This document shows, piece by piece, positions 25,601 to 39,712 of a stretch of 64,000 nucleotides of DNA (the stretch's first letter is position 1; every line of letters starts with the position of its first letter). The stretch is from NCBI RefSeq assembly GCF_000143415.4, contig NW_003314336.1:299296-363295 (forward strand). The letters run 5' to 3'. Made by a program: the position numbers and the translations under genes. Source of the DNA: Selaginella moellendorffii. Taxonomy: Eukaryota; Plantae; Lycopodiophyta. Under the pieces are notes generated by a model. That model was not told where the DNA came from, searched no databases, and was given only the letters and a program-made list of their open reading frames with translations.

Positions 25601-25910
25601 TTAGTCACTACAATAGAGGATTACTCTTCTTCCTTTCCACAATTTAGAACTCTAGAACAACATTTTGGAACACCGTAGCCTTACATGAGCCTCATATGTA
25701 CTCTCTCCACCTTCCGCATTTAGGTGCTCTAGCCATGGGGCCAAAGTGAGGTTCTATTGAGCCATGCTAGGTATCCAAGTAAGTAGTGTCACCCATGCTT
25801 AAACTGGGAGCATTGACCATTCGATCTCCCGGGGGAACTAGAGCCGGCTTTTGAACACTTCACCAAGCTACCCCGCTTGTCTGTCCATATTCACTCTAGA
25901 CTTGGACTTT
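22623..25910 (-). mobile_element. Older, degenerate family-A element: internal region, PBS remnant (25062-25073) and partial 5' LTR (from 25077)
   Basis: Colinear with ~60630-63930 but with many transitions. Confidence 0.85.
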
Positions 25911-25939
25911 GACTCCGTCTTGCACTCAGACTTGGAACC

Positions 25940-28826
25940 ATTGGAAAAGTTTAAGAAAATTTGTGGAAAATTTTTTATCCTAGAGAAAGAATGATTCTAA
26001 ATTTAGGAATACAAACTTTCAAGACTCAACTAACTTCCTCCTACTAACAACTTCACATATGTTCACCTTAACATAAATTCTTATGACCTAACAGTATATT
26101 TAAACATTGAACATCATGCCTATATTTCTAACATCCAATATTGACATCTGCAAAATACAAAATGAACATCCATGGCTTGATCAAAAAGATTATATCTTTG
26201 GATATCGACATTGCACTAACACTCTTCTTCAACCACCTTTAAAATCTAATGTGAAGACAAAACACTAACAAGAAAAATAACATAAAAAATTATATTCTAA
26301 AGAAATTCCTTATCACTCGAAATAACAATACTACTTCCACTAACACAAGTACTAGCAATGTTAATACCTCAACTATACACCTTCTTCATCCAATAAGCTA
26401 CTCCAAGTGCTAATGGATAAACTAGTAAATGAATGCTACAACTTTCTAATACCTCAATAGGCAAACTTAAGGAACCAACTTAAGCTTAGCATAATAGATC
26501 ACTATTGAGAACTTAGTTAAGTGACTTCAATGCTACTATTAGAAGTAGACTAACTTCATTATCAACCACTTTGGGGTTGATCATCGTTTGACTAAACAAC
26601 TTCGTAAACACATTATTCACTATCACATAGATATGATATAAAAATCACAACCACTTGATCATCAATTGAGTAACACCATGAGCAACACCCATGTCACCAC
26701 TATAAAGATTTATGTGAGTATCAAATGACCACTAAATTTGACAAAATGCAACATAAATACCACACCCTATCAATAGAGATTTACAACATCTAAGACCATT
26801 AATTTTTTTTCACAACACAAACAAGCTCATGCCACTCTTTATTTGATCAAAGTCAAAATTAATCCAACACCAAACTACTCAAGGAGCAATAACAAGGCTT
26901 CTTAGAAAGAATTGAGCATTATAACCCAAGTTTTCAATAACAAGGTTAGACAAAAATGGTTTAACACTTACCACTACCACCCCATGACTCACCACTTGTA
27001 AGACCATCATAACCAATATGCACAAAAATAGGGAGTCTTGATTGCATGATGTGAACACAAGCAATGAGTTAATACCGCATTGCAAATAATCTCTCCAAGA
27101 AGAGAAAATGATTTATGTGTTTAATCCTTTGTCCTTGACAACTCTCTTTTCAAACTCTACTTTGACCAAACCTTAAGTGTACTTTTGCACTGCCTTCAGT
27201 CTAATCTAAGAAAAGTTTATGAGAGAGTGCAATAATGACTACTTGAATTAATAGATTAATCACTATAGTCTTAATTGATCCATATATAATCATGCCTCAA
27301 AAGGATCCACTAGTGCTATGCTAAACAGCTACGGACTAGCCTATTTGCCACTCATAGCAAACCCAAGGAAGGTTTACTTTTACCCACGGTATATGGTTCA
27401 ACTCATGGTAACAACTAATAGGCTAACATTAATCTTGCCAACTCAAAATGTAACATTGAGTTGCTAATGTGCTTACTCACAAGCCCAAGCGCAAATTCAT
27501 GCAAATAGAATATCTCAATCCATCCTATGAGCCCAAGTGCAAGCTCACATAATATGGTACAAAAAGGTAACTAAAATCTATACGTAAGGAACAAATACGA
27601 AGTCTTAGCACCTAAATATATATTTATTCGGATTATCATTTTTATCTCTGTGTATGCAATGAGACTAGTTGCCCAATCTCATTAGATAGTACTTGCTAAA
27701 ACTCATCCTTTGATACCAAATGTAAGGCATATGATTTTCACCCTTTATCCTATGGTGATTTATTATAGGTTAACTATGAAGCAAAACATAAACTCTCCAT
27801 ATGCCACATGCTATATGCCACATGCCACATACCATGTGTCCAAAGGACAATAGAGTGAAACTTAAGTTTCAAGACTTTGGGCCACTGAATCAAGAAATAG
27901 AGCCAAACTCCTAAGCATGGAACCAAGGAATGAAGGTATTGGAACATGGAATAACTCCCAAGCATATAACCCAAGGAGTGGAGGGACAGGAGCACAGAGG
28001 GGCTTGGAATAGTCTTAGAGCATCCAACATCCTAATGCTAAGACTATCATGCAAAATGGAGTTAAATGGAGTCTGGCACTATTTCAACATACTGGTGGCC
28101 TAATGCGAGGATTGGGCTTATACCCAAGCTGGATGAAGAACAAGGACATGCAAGTGGGAGCTAAACTATACCTCAGAGTAGTCGGATGCCCGACCTACCC
28201 ATTATCTCTACTATACATTTGGACCCTCCATAACCCCCCCCCCCCCCCCCCAATTGAGGAACATACACTTTGGGCTTTCACCCTTAGCCACCCTTAGTAC
28301 CAAGAGTTAGCCTTTGGGACTAACTTGAAACTTACTAAATATGGAATGGCATTAAATTGTAAATTTGGATGTGGGATTAACACTATTGTGTTCAAAATAA
28401 TCTTTACATTCCATAGATATGCCAAATTAGCAAATCTAGACACTTTCCATAAATAGCAATTAAGACTGAATGGAACTAACACAAGGTGCATGATAACCAT
28501 TGTGTTTGGCAAACACAGTAAGTTATCATTTGGTGAATATTGAGGGACCAAGCTTAATATTGTGGGGGTTCCTAACACTAGCAAGTGTAGATCAGTAAAT
28601 AAGTTTCTCTAACCAAGTCAAATATGCTTAACTAATAACACTTAGGAATTCTGTCCTTATGCTCATCTGGTCAAGTGCACACGCAAATATCAATTTCTCA
28701 ACTAGCTTAGGCGGAAACTGAAAAAGGGACCAACAATATTGACCTTCTGCCATCATGGCAATAAGGAAAGAATGTTTGAAAGGACTAGCTAACAGGTAAC
28801 TTTCGATATTCATAACATTCACAAAA
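25940..28826 (-). mobile_element. Old truncated family-B copy: 5' LTR (27721-28826), PBS (27707-27718) and first ~1.8 kb of internal region
   Basis: Reverse complement of 14881-~17920. PBS reads TGGTATCAAAG on the minus strand. Confidence 0.88.
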
Positions 28827-29297
28827 CCTTGCCATATGTCAATCCTTCTTGTATCCCTTTTGAGAGACTCATTCACCAATTGCTTCATGCTTATTCGTCG
28901 AGCATTTTATTCGAAGTTCCACTCCTACTCTCAACTTTCCAAATTAGAGCCTTTAGTCCAAACATATTACGTTTATTAAACTTTTGTTTCAACCACTACC
29001 ATATGGCACCCTTTCTACTCTATTTTGGGGCTTAGGGATTTATGTCTCACAATATTGTGAAGAGACAAAATATCAATAGTCAATTCCCAAATATTAGTTC
29101 AGCATACAGATAGCATAACACAAGGATATGGGTATTGCACCAACTAGTTTGGTATGGAACTTGGGCTTAGACCTTAGTCGGATATAAAACAAGGATAGCT
29201 ACATAAATAAGAGCTAAACTATACCTTAAGTTGGTTGGCCATGCCCAACCTATCCACTATCCCTACTATATATTTGGAACCCCTCCACACTCCCACC

Positions 29298-30782
29298 TGT
29301 AAGCGACTAAATTTTCCATTCAACTTTAGTCACTTAACCACACCTCCAACCACTTGGAGGAGTCTTACTCACAACCTCCATAAGTCCTATTTCAGACTTG
29401 GGCTTGCTAGCCCCGAGAATGGCATCCCTGCCACTCAACCTTTGCACTTGATCCAAGTGCTCCACGTGTCCGATCCCATGACCGACACCCCAAGGTATCA
29501 CCGACATATCAGCCCGTTACGCTAAGGCCATGCCCCTTTACCTTGGTCACACTGGAGGTCTAACACCACCTGCATCACAGTCCCATCTCTCAAGGACTGG
29601 GCCATCCGTCCAAGAGTGATCATTCCAGATCCACTCCTTAGCATCCTTAGGATGCCCACAGACATGGGGAATAGCCTTCCCCAATATCCTTTTTCCAGTC
29701 TTCACCAAGTCCCTTTCTACCCATGGCCGTGTTCGCCAACATTGCCACTAGATCGAGGCCCACAGGCCCGACCACTAAGTCCCACGGTCCTTTGGGACTT
29801 CCTCACCACTCGACTGTATCCTTGGTCACTACACCAGAGGACTATTCCTCTTCCTTTCCACAGTCTGGGCCTTTGGGTCAACATTTCGGAACACCGTGGC
29901 CTTACGCGAGCCACCTAGGTACTCTCCCCACCTTCCGCCTTTGGGTGCTCTAGCCATCGGCTTAGAGCGAGGTTCCGTTGAGCCACGCCTGGTATCCAAG
30001 TAGGTAGTGCCACCCACACTTGGATTGGGAGCATCGGCCAGTCGATCTCCCGGGGGAACTAGAGCCGGCTCTTGAACACTTCACCAAGCTACCCTGCTTG
30101 TCGGTCTGTATTCACTCTAGTCTTGGACTTCCCAGTAGTCAGTTCATCACCCAACACTGGGTATGGCCTTCCTGGGCCAAATTGGCGTTTCCTAGGCCAA
30201 ACTGGCCTTTCCTGGCCAAAATGGCTCCACTGGGCTCCAACCCCCACACTCTCCCTACTATACTTTTGGAACCCCCTCGCAACCCCCCCCGGGGGACGAT
30301 CGCTTTGGGCTTTCACCCAACTGCCTGTATTAGTATTCGGACTCGGACTCGGGCTCGAACTCGAACTCGGACTCGGTCTCGGTCCCGATTTTGGACTCGG
30401 ACTCGGTCTCGGTCTCGGTCTCGGCCTCGGTCTCGGTCTCAGTTCCATCTCGGACTCCATCTCGGACTCCATCTCGGATCCATCTCGGACTCTGTCTCGG
30501 ACTCCATCTCGGACTCCACTTCGGACCCCAACTCGGGTCCATCTCGGACACTTCCACGTGTCATGTGTTGGTCCTTTTTGGGTCCCTTTTTGGAGCCTTG
30601 CTTATTGCTCGCTTCGTGCTCGTTCCTTGAGCACTTTGTTAGGAGTTCCACTCCCGCTCTCGACCTTTTCAAGTCGGAGCTTTTTAGTCCAAACGTGTTA
30701 CGCTTGTTTGGTTTTTGCTTCGGCCACTACCACGTGGCACCCTTTCGGCTCCACTTTGGGGGTTAGGGATTTGTGTCTCACA
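29298..30782 (-). mobile_element. Complete family-A LTR (1485 bp), probable 3' LTR
   Basis: Runs TGTAAGCGAC...GTCTCACA. Preceded on the minus strand by purine-rich GGGTGGTGGAG. Flanks are not a TSD. Confidence 0.9.
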
Positions 30783-32262
30783 ACTCCACCACCCATAGAT
30801 GAAGTTCGATGTCCTCATCGAGCGGTAAACCCTTTTATAAAGTAACACCCACATGTCTTACTGTTTCCATCCTTGGCTGCCGGCCAATATTTGTCTATGG
30901 TTTGACACCAAAGGCTCACCATGCCTTGTCCATCCTCTAAGGAGCATAGTCTCTCCAACATAAAAACTCATTCGGGCACCTGGGGTGGTTTGCTCCCTTT
31001 TATTGGTTCAGTTCTCGCTAAACCCGTTAGAGACATCATCTCTAACTCAATTCCACTACTCATTCTCGAGTAGTCTTAGATTCTATCGACATAACCTTTG
31101 CACTTTGGAACGTTTACTTTTGACTTCTTGAAGTCAATTTCCTAGGTGTCTCCGACACCTTGCATTGCACATATTGTGCAAGTCCACTTCCCTATCCTAG
31201 GAAGTCCTCTACTTGAGGGCACCATCCTCCTCTTTTCATTTTTTGCCACCCTTGGCACTACGTTCCCATTATCATCGTTTGTGCTAGGGCTGTGGACAGC
31301 CCTATCCTTTGGCTACTTTGCCGCTCCTCACTTGGAGCTTTTACTTTGCCAAATTGGAGCACTTGGGAATCTAACCTTGGAAGTCCACTTCCTTTCCCGC
31401 AATCCATTAGCATCAAACACATTAGTGTTCCTTGGCTAACCTCGCCATTTGGATTCCTCCCATTAAATTCCATGGCCCAAACTTGGCCACTAGTCTTTTG
31501 ATCTTATCCATTGATTGTTGCATCAAACAACAAAAGATCACTACCTCCCTCCTTGAGGTATTCTTTTGGTTCCATGGCAAAGCTCCACTTCGCCAAATCC
31601 AGAGGGTGCTCACCCCTAGTAGGTCTCTATAGCAACTTCTGCTATGAGCCCCTTCCACAGCCAAACCTTGTGACCCTCCCATAGGTCATTTTTAGAGACT
31701 ACTTTCTTGAACTCACAATACTATTGTATCGTCGTAGTTCATTTCCCTTAGGTGTCCTTCCCACTTGGTCACCTTGAACAAGCCCCACCATTATCAACAG
31801 TTCAAATCAACGCTTTGAACTAGGAACCTTGTTCCTTAACCTCAAAAAGACTTCATCCTTGTTTGACCATACGATCACCTAGTGATCTAATCTTGATAGC
31901 TTAACAGGTTTGCCAATAGGTACTAGGTCTCCTAGACCTTTAACTTGTTGACCATGACCCCGGGGGCATCCCCCACACTTGGCAGTGTGCCCAAGCTAGC
32001 CCTTCAGGCCAAGGGTCCATAGCAACTGAGACTGGGTGTCCCCATCTCATTCACCACGTCCTTGGTGCCACTCGCACCAAAGTGTTCAAGTTAAATATGC
32101 CGAGCCACACTAAGCAATCTAACCGTGTATCACGACTCCGGAGCATCCCCCGCTTGGCGGTGTGCCCAAGCCAGTCTCCTCACTGAGAGTCCATGACCAC
32201 CAAAATATGAGTGTCCTCGTATTCCAAACCATCACCACGCCCTAGTGATTTGGGACTCAAAC
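30783..32262 (-). mobile_element. Family-A internal 3' non-coding region
   Basis: 31465-32262 matches 59741-60540. Confidence 0.85.
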
Positions 32263-33003
32263 TATAAGCCACAAATTTTTCCTTTCCAATTTGCCAGCTT
32301 ACCTCGTCTATCCGTCCAATACTGCCTTGGCTTTTACTAAGTTCCCTTGCCAAGGTTCTCACCTATGGTACCAGCTACTACTTGATTTCAGCTACTCACT
32401 ACGCAAGCAACGGAGTGTTAGCCATCCATCCACGGATTCCCAAATCACTCCCAATCCCCCTCCCCGGGTTAGACTGAACTTAAGGTTCGGCTACACTCCC
32501 CGCAAGCACAAGCAGCCAAGCACACCAAGCTTCCAGGTTCCTAACATCCCTTGGTACCACAAGACTTGATCATGGGACCCTCTAAATCCCAAGCCTTGAG
32601 TGCAACACTTGCTTCGGGACACCGGGCGAAACACCATGGCCTAACGGCCCGGTATGGGTACCTCTACCCCCCCACTTCCATCCCGAATGAAGGCCCAAGC
32701 CCCTAGGAAGGGCGAGGACCAATGAGCCGCATGGTACTCAATTGGGCACCACTCCACATGAGCCGGGAGCACCGCAATCGGTTTCCCTTTCAGGAGTGGG
32801 AGTTACTCTTGAGCACTTCCTTGGATGGCCCCTCCGGCACCAACCAAATCCATGCTCACTCCCACCCAAGGCCCTCGGTCCCAGTCTCAACCTCAAGTCG
32901 GTTTGGAAGCCCCACTGGAGAGTCCCTTCAAAACTGGTTCCTGGACCTCACCATCCCTACTATACTTTTGGAACCCCCCCCCCCCCCCCCCCCCTGGGAG
33001 ACG
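32263..33003 (-). mobile_element. Partial family-C LTR
   Basis: Reverse complement of ~7575-8323; truncated just after the C-run. Confidence 0.88.
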
Positions 33004-34344
33004 ATATATAATATTTTTCTTTATGCTAGAACTATAATGTATCTGAAAATTTATGAAATGTATATATTTAAATTTCAATTGATGATGAATTTAATTTCTT
33101 TATATGATCCATGCACTAATTTTGTCTTGACCATATTTATAAATTATTATGTTTTTCATGTATAAAGGCAATGTAAGATAAAGTGTTAGAAAATTTATGA
33201 TATTACATAAATCTTAGACTATATCTTAGCCAATTGACAACTCAATGTGTTTAATTTCATATATGTTTGTATTAATAATTAATATAAGATTAATGATAAA
33301 AAGAAAAATATTTTACACAAGAAATAGCTAGAACTTTTTAGTCCTCTAGTTTAAGTTAGATTATATAATATTTTTATAGACACTATTTTCTTTCTATTCT
33401 ATATTAAAATAATTTCATGTCTTTTTGCATTATATTTAGAATTTTTAAAATTTAATTTTAGTAAATTTTCTTTAAGTATATAGTATATTTTTATATTTTT
33501 ATATCACCATCACCTCCATATGGAGAATTAGAACTTGAAAGTATGTTTTGTAGTTTTTGTTCATAATCATTTCTGCTAATAACAGGAAACAACAACGATC
33601 CTAAAATGCATAGTTCAGGCCAGTTGAGGAAGAAGTCCTGCACACAACTTGTAGAACAACTTGCAAGAGCACTGCATGACAACAATGTGAGCCTCATTGA
33701 TACAATGGAAGATAACCAGAAGGAAATTTGTCATCATAATCTAAAGAAGGAAGAATTCATGAAGCATACTCTAATTGTGGATAGCCAAATGGTGAAGAGT
33801 GTGCATCAAGTAGCTCAAGCCTTGTTTGCAATTGCTGATTCTTTGGTAAGTCAATTTATTTTCTTATTCATGAACTTCACTTTTGTAGTTTACAGTGTCA
33901 TTAATTACTATCTCCAAAGCAATGAAAGAGATAATGAACTGATAAAGATGTGATGATTTACCTGATTGACAATTTTAGGCCCAGCATTCCCACCTTGCAT
34001 TGCCGCTGCCAGTATCCTTGGATTGATTCCATCGATTTAGAAAGAGCAATTCTATTGGAAGGACATGAGCGTTCGTGTAAAGCTGTTTGTATCAGTTGTC
34101 TGGCAATAGAAACATGCATGGATCAGAGCTGGATTGAAAGGAAAGAAAGAACTTTGCAAGAGTAAGTACCAAGAATGCCATACTGCGAAATGACAATCTT
34201 TGCATATGGTTGATTGAATGCCCTCTCAGCGACCACTGCTCAGGTATTGCCAATAAGCTTGGCAGTGCTGTGGGGATCCGAGATGAGAATTTTCCCAAGG
34301 AACAAAGAGAAGAAACTACGTACCAGAAGTAAAGATCACTACAT

Positions 34345-35357
34345 ACATTCTACTACCAATATAAACTTCAAGCTTGACTTGTAATTGGCCAAAAACTCTG
34401 CTGGTTTCCCAGGTGAAAGTGCGCCAGGCTTGCCTACCACTATCATTGAGCTCACTTCTTTAAGAATGGAGTTTCCAAGAAAATCAAACACATTAAGTCT
34501 AGAGTTTCCTGAAAAGAAACCAGACCATAAGAAAACAAGTGAAAAAAGAAAAAGGCATTTGGAAAGCTTCCCAGACGCTATGATATCCAACATGAACTTA
34601 CAATCTCGAGCAATATGCTCCTTGACCTGTTTATAGTCTTCCTCCAGCTTGTCCATGGCTCCTCCACCCACCAAGTCTTTGAAAGAATTCCCAGGAAAAA
34701 TCCTGGAGACAAAAGGTGCCACAATTGTGATATGAAAAGCCTTTTCAGCTCTAGCAGTGTCGTCAATAGCCACATAAGCATGTAGACAATGGTAGAGAAC
34801 CTTCTTGTCACACCTTTCCATCCCCGTTTTAATACACTTCTCCAAGTTTTCTCTCAAGGAGGCATTGGCATTCTGGATCCTCTTTTCTATGGTTTTGATA
34901 AATGGCAAGTCCTGTAATGAAATGTTGACAAGAAAGATAAGTGTCACCTTTTCTGAAAAATAGAACTTCACCCAATTCATCTCACTTGCAATTCGCTCCA
35001 ACAATCAACTCCATGGGTCGTCACCACTGTTGTTGACCGGATCCAGAGCCTTCACTGCCACTCACTAGATTTTCATTGGAAATTCTATTTTTCTTGAGCT
35101 CCAGCAAGAGCTTCTTGATCTGCAAGCAAGCTAGGAATCAAAATAAAAGGACTTGCTCCACTCGATCTTACCTTGGAAACCACATGAGAGCTGTCAAGCA
35201 GCAACTTGAGAATCTCCTGAAATCATTGACATCCCTGTTGATAAGCTCGACAAGCTCGTTCTTGAGTGCTGCAAGGTGACTGCGCAGCTTGCCATGCAGC
35301 GCCTTGAGCGGCATGAAGCTACACAGGCTAGAAATGTGGGTGTTGCAATTAAAACCC
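34345..35357 (-). pseudogene. COG2: COG2 (conserved oligomeric Golgi complex subunit 2) N-terminal gene fragment with introns
   Basis: LRSHLAALKNELVELINRD, LERIASEMN, LPFIKTIEKRIQNA, FDFLGNSILKEV and PGALSPGKPAEFLANYKSSL. Lacks the start and C-terminus and is degenerate. Confidence 0.8.
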
Positions 35358-35499
35358 TGAAAAATAAAACTTGAGTTTGGCATGCTAAAATAGACAAATT
35401 CGTGAGCTTCAAATGGATTTGTTTAAGTCTACTACATAAGTAGTGAGAATGTTTCTAAGCTCTGTAGTAGTGACATGAGGCTCCGGTCACTAGCCTTGT

Positions 35500-36695
35500 G
35501 GTGGATTAATCACTAGCTCAAGCTCAATGTCTATTTCCCCTATGTCACTTGTACTAATAATGAACTTATGCAGAATGCAAACTGTTTTTATAGCAACTGT
35601 TAGTTAAGTGATGGTCTCAACTTCAACCAGCTTCCTAAAAATCCTTCAATGACCTTTAAGCAATCTGAAACTTCTGTCACATACCATCCTTGAAGATGAC
35701 AAGTAAAAATTGAATGTTTCCCTCAATTCAGTTCCATTTGCACTTGGAAACGGTATAACCAACCACGGAAGCTCATAGTATCCTGAGTCTCCAATGATGT
35801 ACTCCCGAAATTGGTATTGGCTTCTTGAGACTGCTGGTCCATTAAGAATTTCACCTGATTGAGCTCTTCTGTAGAATGAACTCTTCCTCAAAACAGTTAT
35901 GTCATTGCAACTCCTTAGATCTCCAACTCAAATATTTAGGAACTTTGCTTCATTATCCACGATTGCTTGTATGACAATTGAGTAATCCCTGTCCTTGTTG
36001 TAATAATCACTTGCAAAAACATTTCCAGGAAGCTCAACTTTGAAATGCATGTAGTCAATTGCACCACAGCAATTCAGGAAGCCACAAAGACTCTTGAAAC
36101 CTATTTTTATTGCTGACAAATCTGCTGGCCACATAAGAAATTGTCCTAGATGCTAGAATGTTGTGTCGGAGAACTTCTGACAATACTTCCGGACAGTTGC
36201 TTTAGAAACACCGAAATGCTTTGCCAAACTAGCAAAAGAATCACATGAAGTTAATCTCCGTAAAGCAATGGCAACTTGCATACCAACAGGAACATATCTA
36301 GATGGAATGTTTATCAAATCTGGAGGTGGTGTTATCTGCATTGACAGAGTAACAAGTTCACAAATTGTCATGAACTACTCAGAAATTCTGAAGAACTCTC
36401 TCCACCTTGTTGGATCTTGCATTCCAACCTCATCCACCCAATGACAAAACCAGTGAAGAGACCTTGGTTTGATATAGAAATTTCCCTCTTGAAAAAGGTT
36501 TAGTTGCAACCAACTCCCAACTACTACAAAGCACATGTGATGATACACTAGCACTGATTGTTGTTGAAGAGTAGTTTCAAGCTTCTCATCCTCATAATCT
36601 TCTTTAAAACACCTTCTAAATCTTCTAACAACCAACTAATCAACTACAACAGTAGTTGTAGCAACCACAAAAACCATAGTTGTTGCCCTATTCAT
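35500..36695 (-). pseudogene. PIF/Harbinger (HARBI1-like) DDE transposase, degenerate
   Basis: QVAIALRRL, FGVSKATV, CCGAIDYMHF, YSIVIQAIVD, IIGDSGY, FNFYLSSSRMV..SFRLLKG and CILHK, broken by stops and frameshifts. Confidence 0.9.
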
Positions 36696-38554
36696 CCCAC
36701 ATGAACCCTAATGATATGGCATTAATCAATGACAAATCAGCATTGACTCACTTGATTTTAGAATATTCTAGAATAATCTGATGTGGATGATAGTTGCATG
36801 TACAGTGCCACTGTCACTTTATCACCGTCACCGCACAGAAAATGATGGTGATAGTCATATGTGCAGTGTCTCTAAGGTGCGGGTGATTAGGGGTTTTAGG
36901 GGGCCTGAGGGTGGATCAGAGTGATTCGACTCGAGGTCAATACAGAGGTGAGAGGCTTGACCACTTGTGACCTGGTGAGCCTCACCTGGGCTTACTCAAT
37001 TTTGTCAAGGTGACATTGAATCAAAGTTAACTCTCGGTTTAGGGTAAACGAGTTTGGAAGCAAAACTGACAAATAAAGAGTTTGAATCAAAATCGACTTT
37101 CTTTTGGGAATGATGATGTGACTAGCAGAAAGGGGAAAAGAGGCAAGATGCCGAGCTGAGATAAAGTTTGCACCAACTGGCTTTGCATTCACATGCAGGT
37201 GAGGGAGAGGGCATTCTTTCTTGGTTGTTGAGTCCTCTGATTTTTGGTTATATTTACTTGATCTGAGTTTGAGACAGAGTCAGTGAGAGAGGCCCGACGC
37301 CATGCAGGACGTAACGAAAGCTACTGCTGGCCATATTACATCAGAGCGTGCACCAATGTATTTGGATTTTTGCATCCATCACAAAACAGATGGGGTCTAT
37401 TTTCTTTTCCGGTTCCGATCCCGACCCGCCCTGTTTAGTCTGCTGGCAAGTCAAGACAGCTTGTCTTTGTTTAATCCTTGATTCCATATTCCCTTACAGC
37501 TCTCTGTTGCTGCTGGCTGTTGCTGTTGCTGAACCCTCCCAGGAATTGTGTAAGAGTTTTATAAACCCGGGGGAGATTTAAATGGTTGCTGTTAAATGCC
37601 AGGGAGCACTCAGTCTCATGACTCATGATGAACAGGGAGGGTCATTGTAACCAGCACGCTACGTTGACCGCGTCTCGTTCTTCCCTTAGCACGACGCCAA
37701 GCCAGAAATGTGGTGCGAGCAAAAAGGAAGATCAATCAAACAAGGCAAGCTTTTCGTGATACCCTTGTTTCACAGTGCGTTGTCTCTCTCAGCGGGTACA
37801 TCCACTTGACAGGGAAAGAAAGCGAGGAGGAGGAGAAGGTTGGAAAAAAAAAAGAATAAGAAATTTGGTGCTGCCGCTGGCTTTCGAGAATGATGGCAGC
37901 GCGATTCCTTTCTTTAAAGTTGATGACACAGCGACGCAACGCAAGGGCTGTTTGTTTGTTTTGAGTTCCAGCGGGAGATCAGGCCCCTGCAAACAGTGGG
38001 CAGGGAATCTAATGATTCCCTGACGGGCATCATTTGCCGGTATATTCTCTGGCCAGGAAATATTCTCTCTCCCGCCGTCAGTCAGGTTGAATTGGGCCAA
38101 GTTTATGAGCTTGGTTTGGAATATAAAGCGAATGATTGCTTGTGGGCACGCAGTGAATTATGAAACCACCACAGAGCAACAAACTCTCTCTTGCCGATAT
38201 TTTGTTTGATCCAATGTGTGATGGAGCATGGGGCACGGCATAGAGGGGCCTTTTTTAGGGCTCCACTCCACATTCTTCTTCTCGCCTCTTTCTCGCCCCT
38301 TGCGAGCTAAATTCTTGTCAAGGAATTGGCGTGTGAATTTTCCTCCTTGTCCCATAAGATTTTGAGGCAGGTGTTGGCCTGCTGGCCGGCGACGAGCTCT
38401 AGTGCCCGCGCAACGCTTCGCCGTCCAGCAGGCCAATACCTCACTCGAGATCTTGTTTCTCTGGAATTGATCGATCGACTGCTTTAAAACACGGGGGAAT
38501 TAGGGTGCTCTGTTCTGTTTGCGTGATGGTTTTCTAGGGCGCCAGGGGGAGACG

Positions 38555-38763
38555 ATGGGCGCCATCAAGATGAGGAGTGCGTGGTCGTGGTACCAAGGTC
38601 AACTGGCGGCCAAGCCCGTGCGCACCCAGATCGTAACGTCGGGCATCTTGTGGGCTGTGGGCGACATGGTGGCGCAGAGCGTGAGCGCCAGCGTGGAGAA
38701 GCGGCAGCACAAATCGGTCATCTCGCCTCCGCCGCTTCCCCATGGTTTGCCCAGCGTAAATGC

Positions 38764-38820
<57 letters not shown>

Positions 38821-39432
38821 CAGGCATTCACAATTATCGCAATCGATCCACAGGTGGAGCCGGGGCCGGGCAAGGACAAGGATGGATTGAATTGGAAGCG
38901 GGTGGGAATTTCGAGCATGTTTGGAGTGGGATTCGTCGGTCCAGTGGGTCATTTCTGGTTCGTCTGGAGCTCGGCTATGGCTGTATTGGCTTTCCCATCT
39001 TTTTCCTTGTGCAGGTATGAGGGGCTGGAGCATCTCGTCCACAACAAGCTGCGACTGAGGCCCAAGTCGCTGAGATTCCTAGCGACAAAGCTGGCGGCGG
39101 ACGCGCTCATCTTTGGGCCGATCCATCTTGTGGCGTTTTTCACGTATTCGGGGCTGGCGGCGGGCAAGAGCTGGGAGGTTGTGAGGCAGGAGCTGGGACG
39201 AGACTTTATCCCCGCGTTTCTGACCGAAGGAGCGGTGTGGCCCGTGGTCCAGGTGGTGAATTTCCGCTTCGTGCCTGTCCAGCACCAGCTGCTCTACGTG
39301 AATTTCTTCTGCCTGCTGGACAGCGCCTTCCTCTCGTGGTTCAAGCACCAGAACGACGCGCCGTGGAAGCGCAAACTCACCGCCTTTGTCACCGGCGCTA
39401 GTGATGACCCTTCTTCGTCTAGAGATCACTAG
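38555..39432 (+). CDS. Mpv17/PMP22 family membrane protein (SYM1-like); exons 38555-38716, 38821-38957, 39015-39432
   Basis: WYQGQLAAKPVRTQIVTSGILWAVGDMVAQ, GFVGPVGHFWYEGL and VWPVVQVVNFRFVPVQHQLLYVN. GT-AG introns restore the frame. Confidence 0.92.
38765..38818. repeat. Compound (CT)n(CA)n microsatellite in intron 1
   Basis: Seen directly in sequence. Confidence 0.95.
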
Positions 39433-39712
39433 CTAGTGGCCATTCAAGAAAATTCTTTATTCTTTTTCAACGAGAGCCATCAGGATTTCGTTCCCGCTCC
39501 CTCTCGCTGTCCATGACACCCCCTGTGGCAATTGCAGCAGCTGACGTGGAAGATAAACGAGATCAATAGAAAGGTGCCCCGACTTGGGCATGGAGCCGGA
39601 CGAGACCACCTCACTTTCATCAACATGCTTATTGAATTTAACGCCATAGTCTGACTTGGTAGTCGATCACTATCTACAACGCGCTACTCCTGCTGCATTT
39701 GTGGATGCTCGG

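Noticed and set aside
37000-38500. miRNA or other ncRNA locus in the long intergenic region
   Set aside because: No conserved plant miRNA sequence or convincing hairpin recognised by eye.
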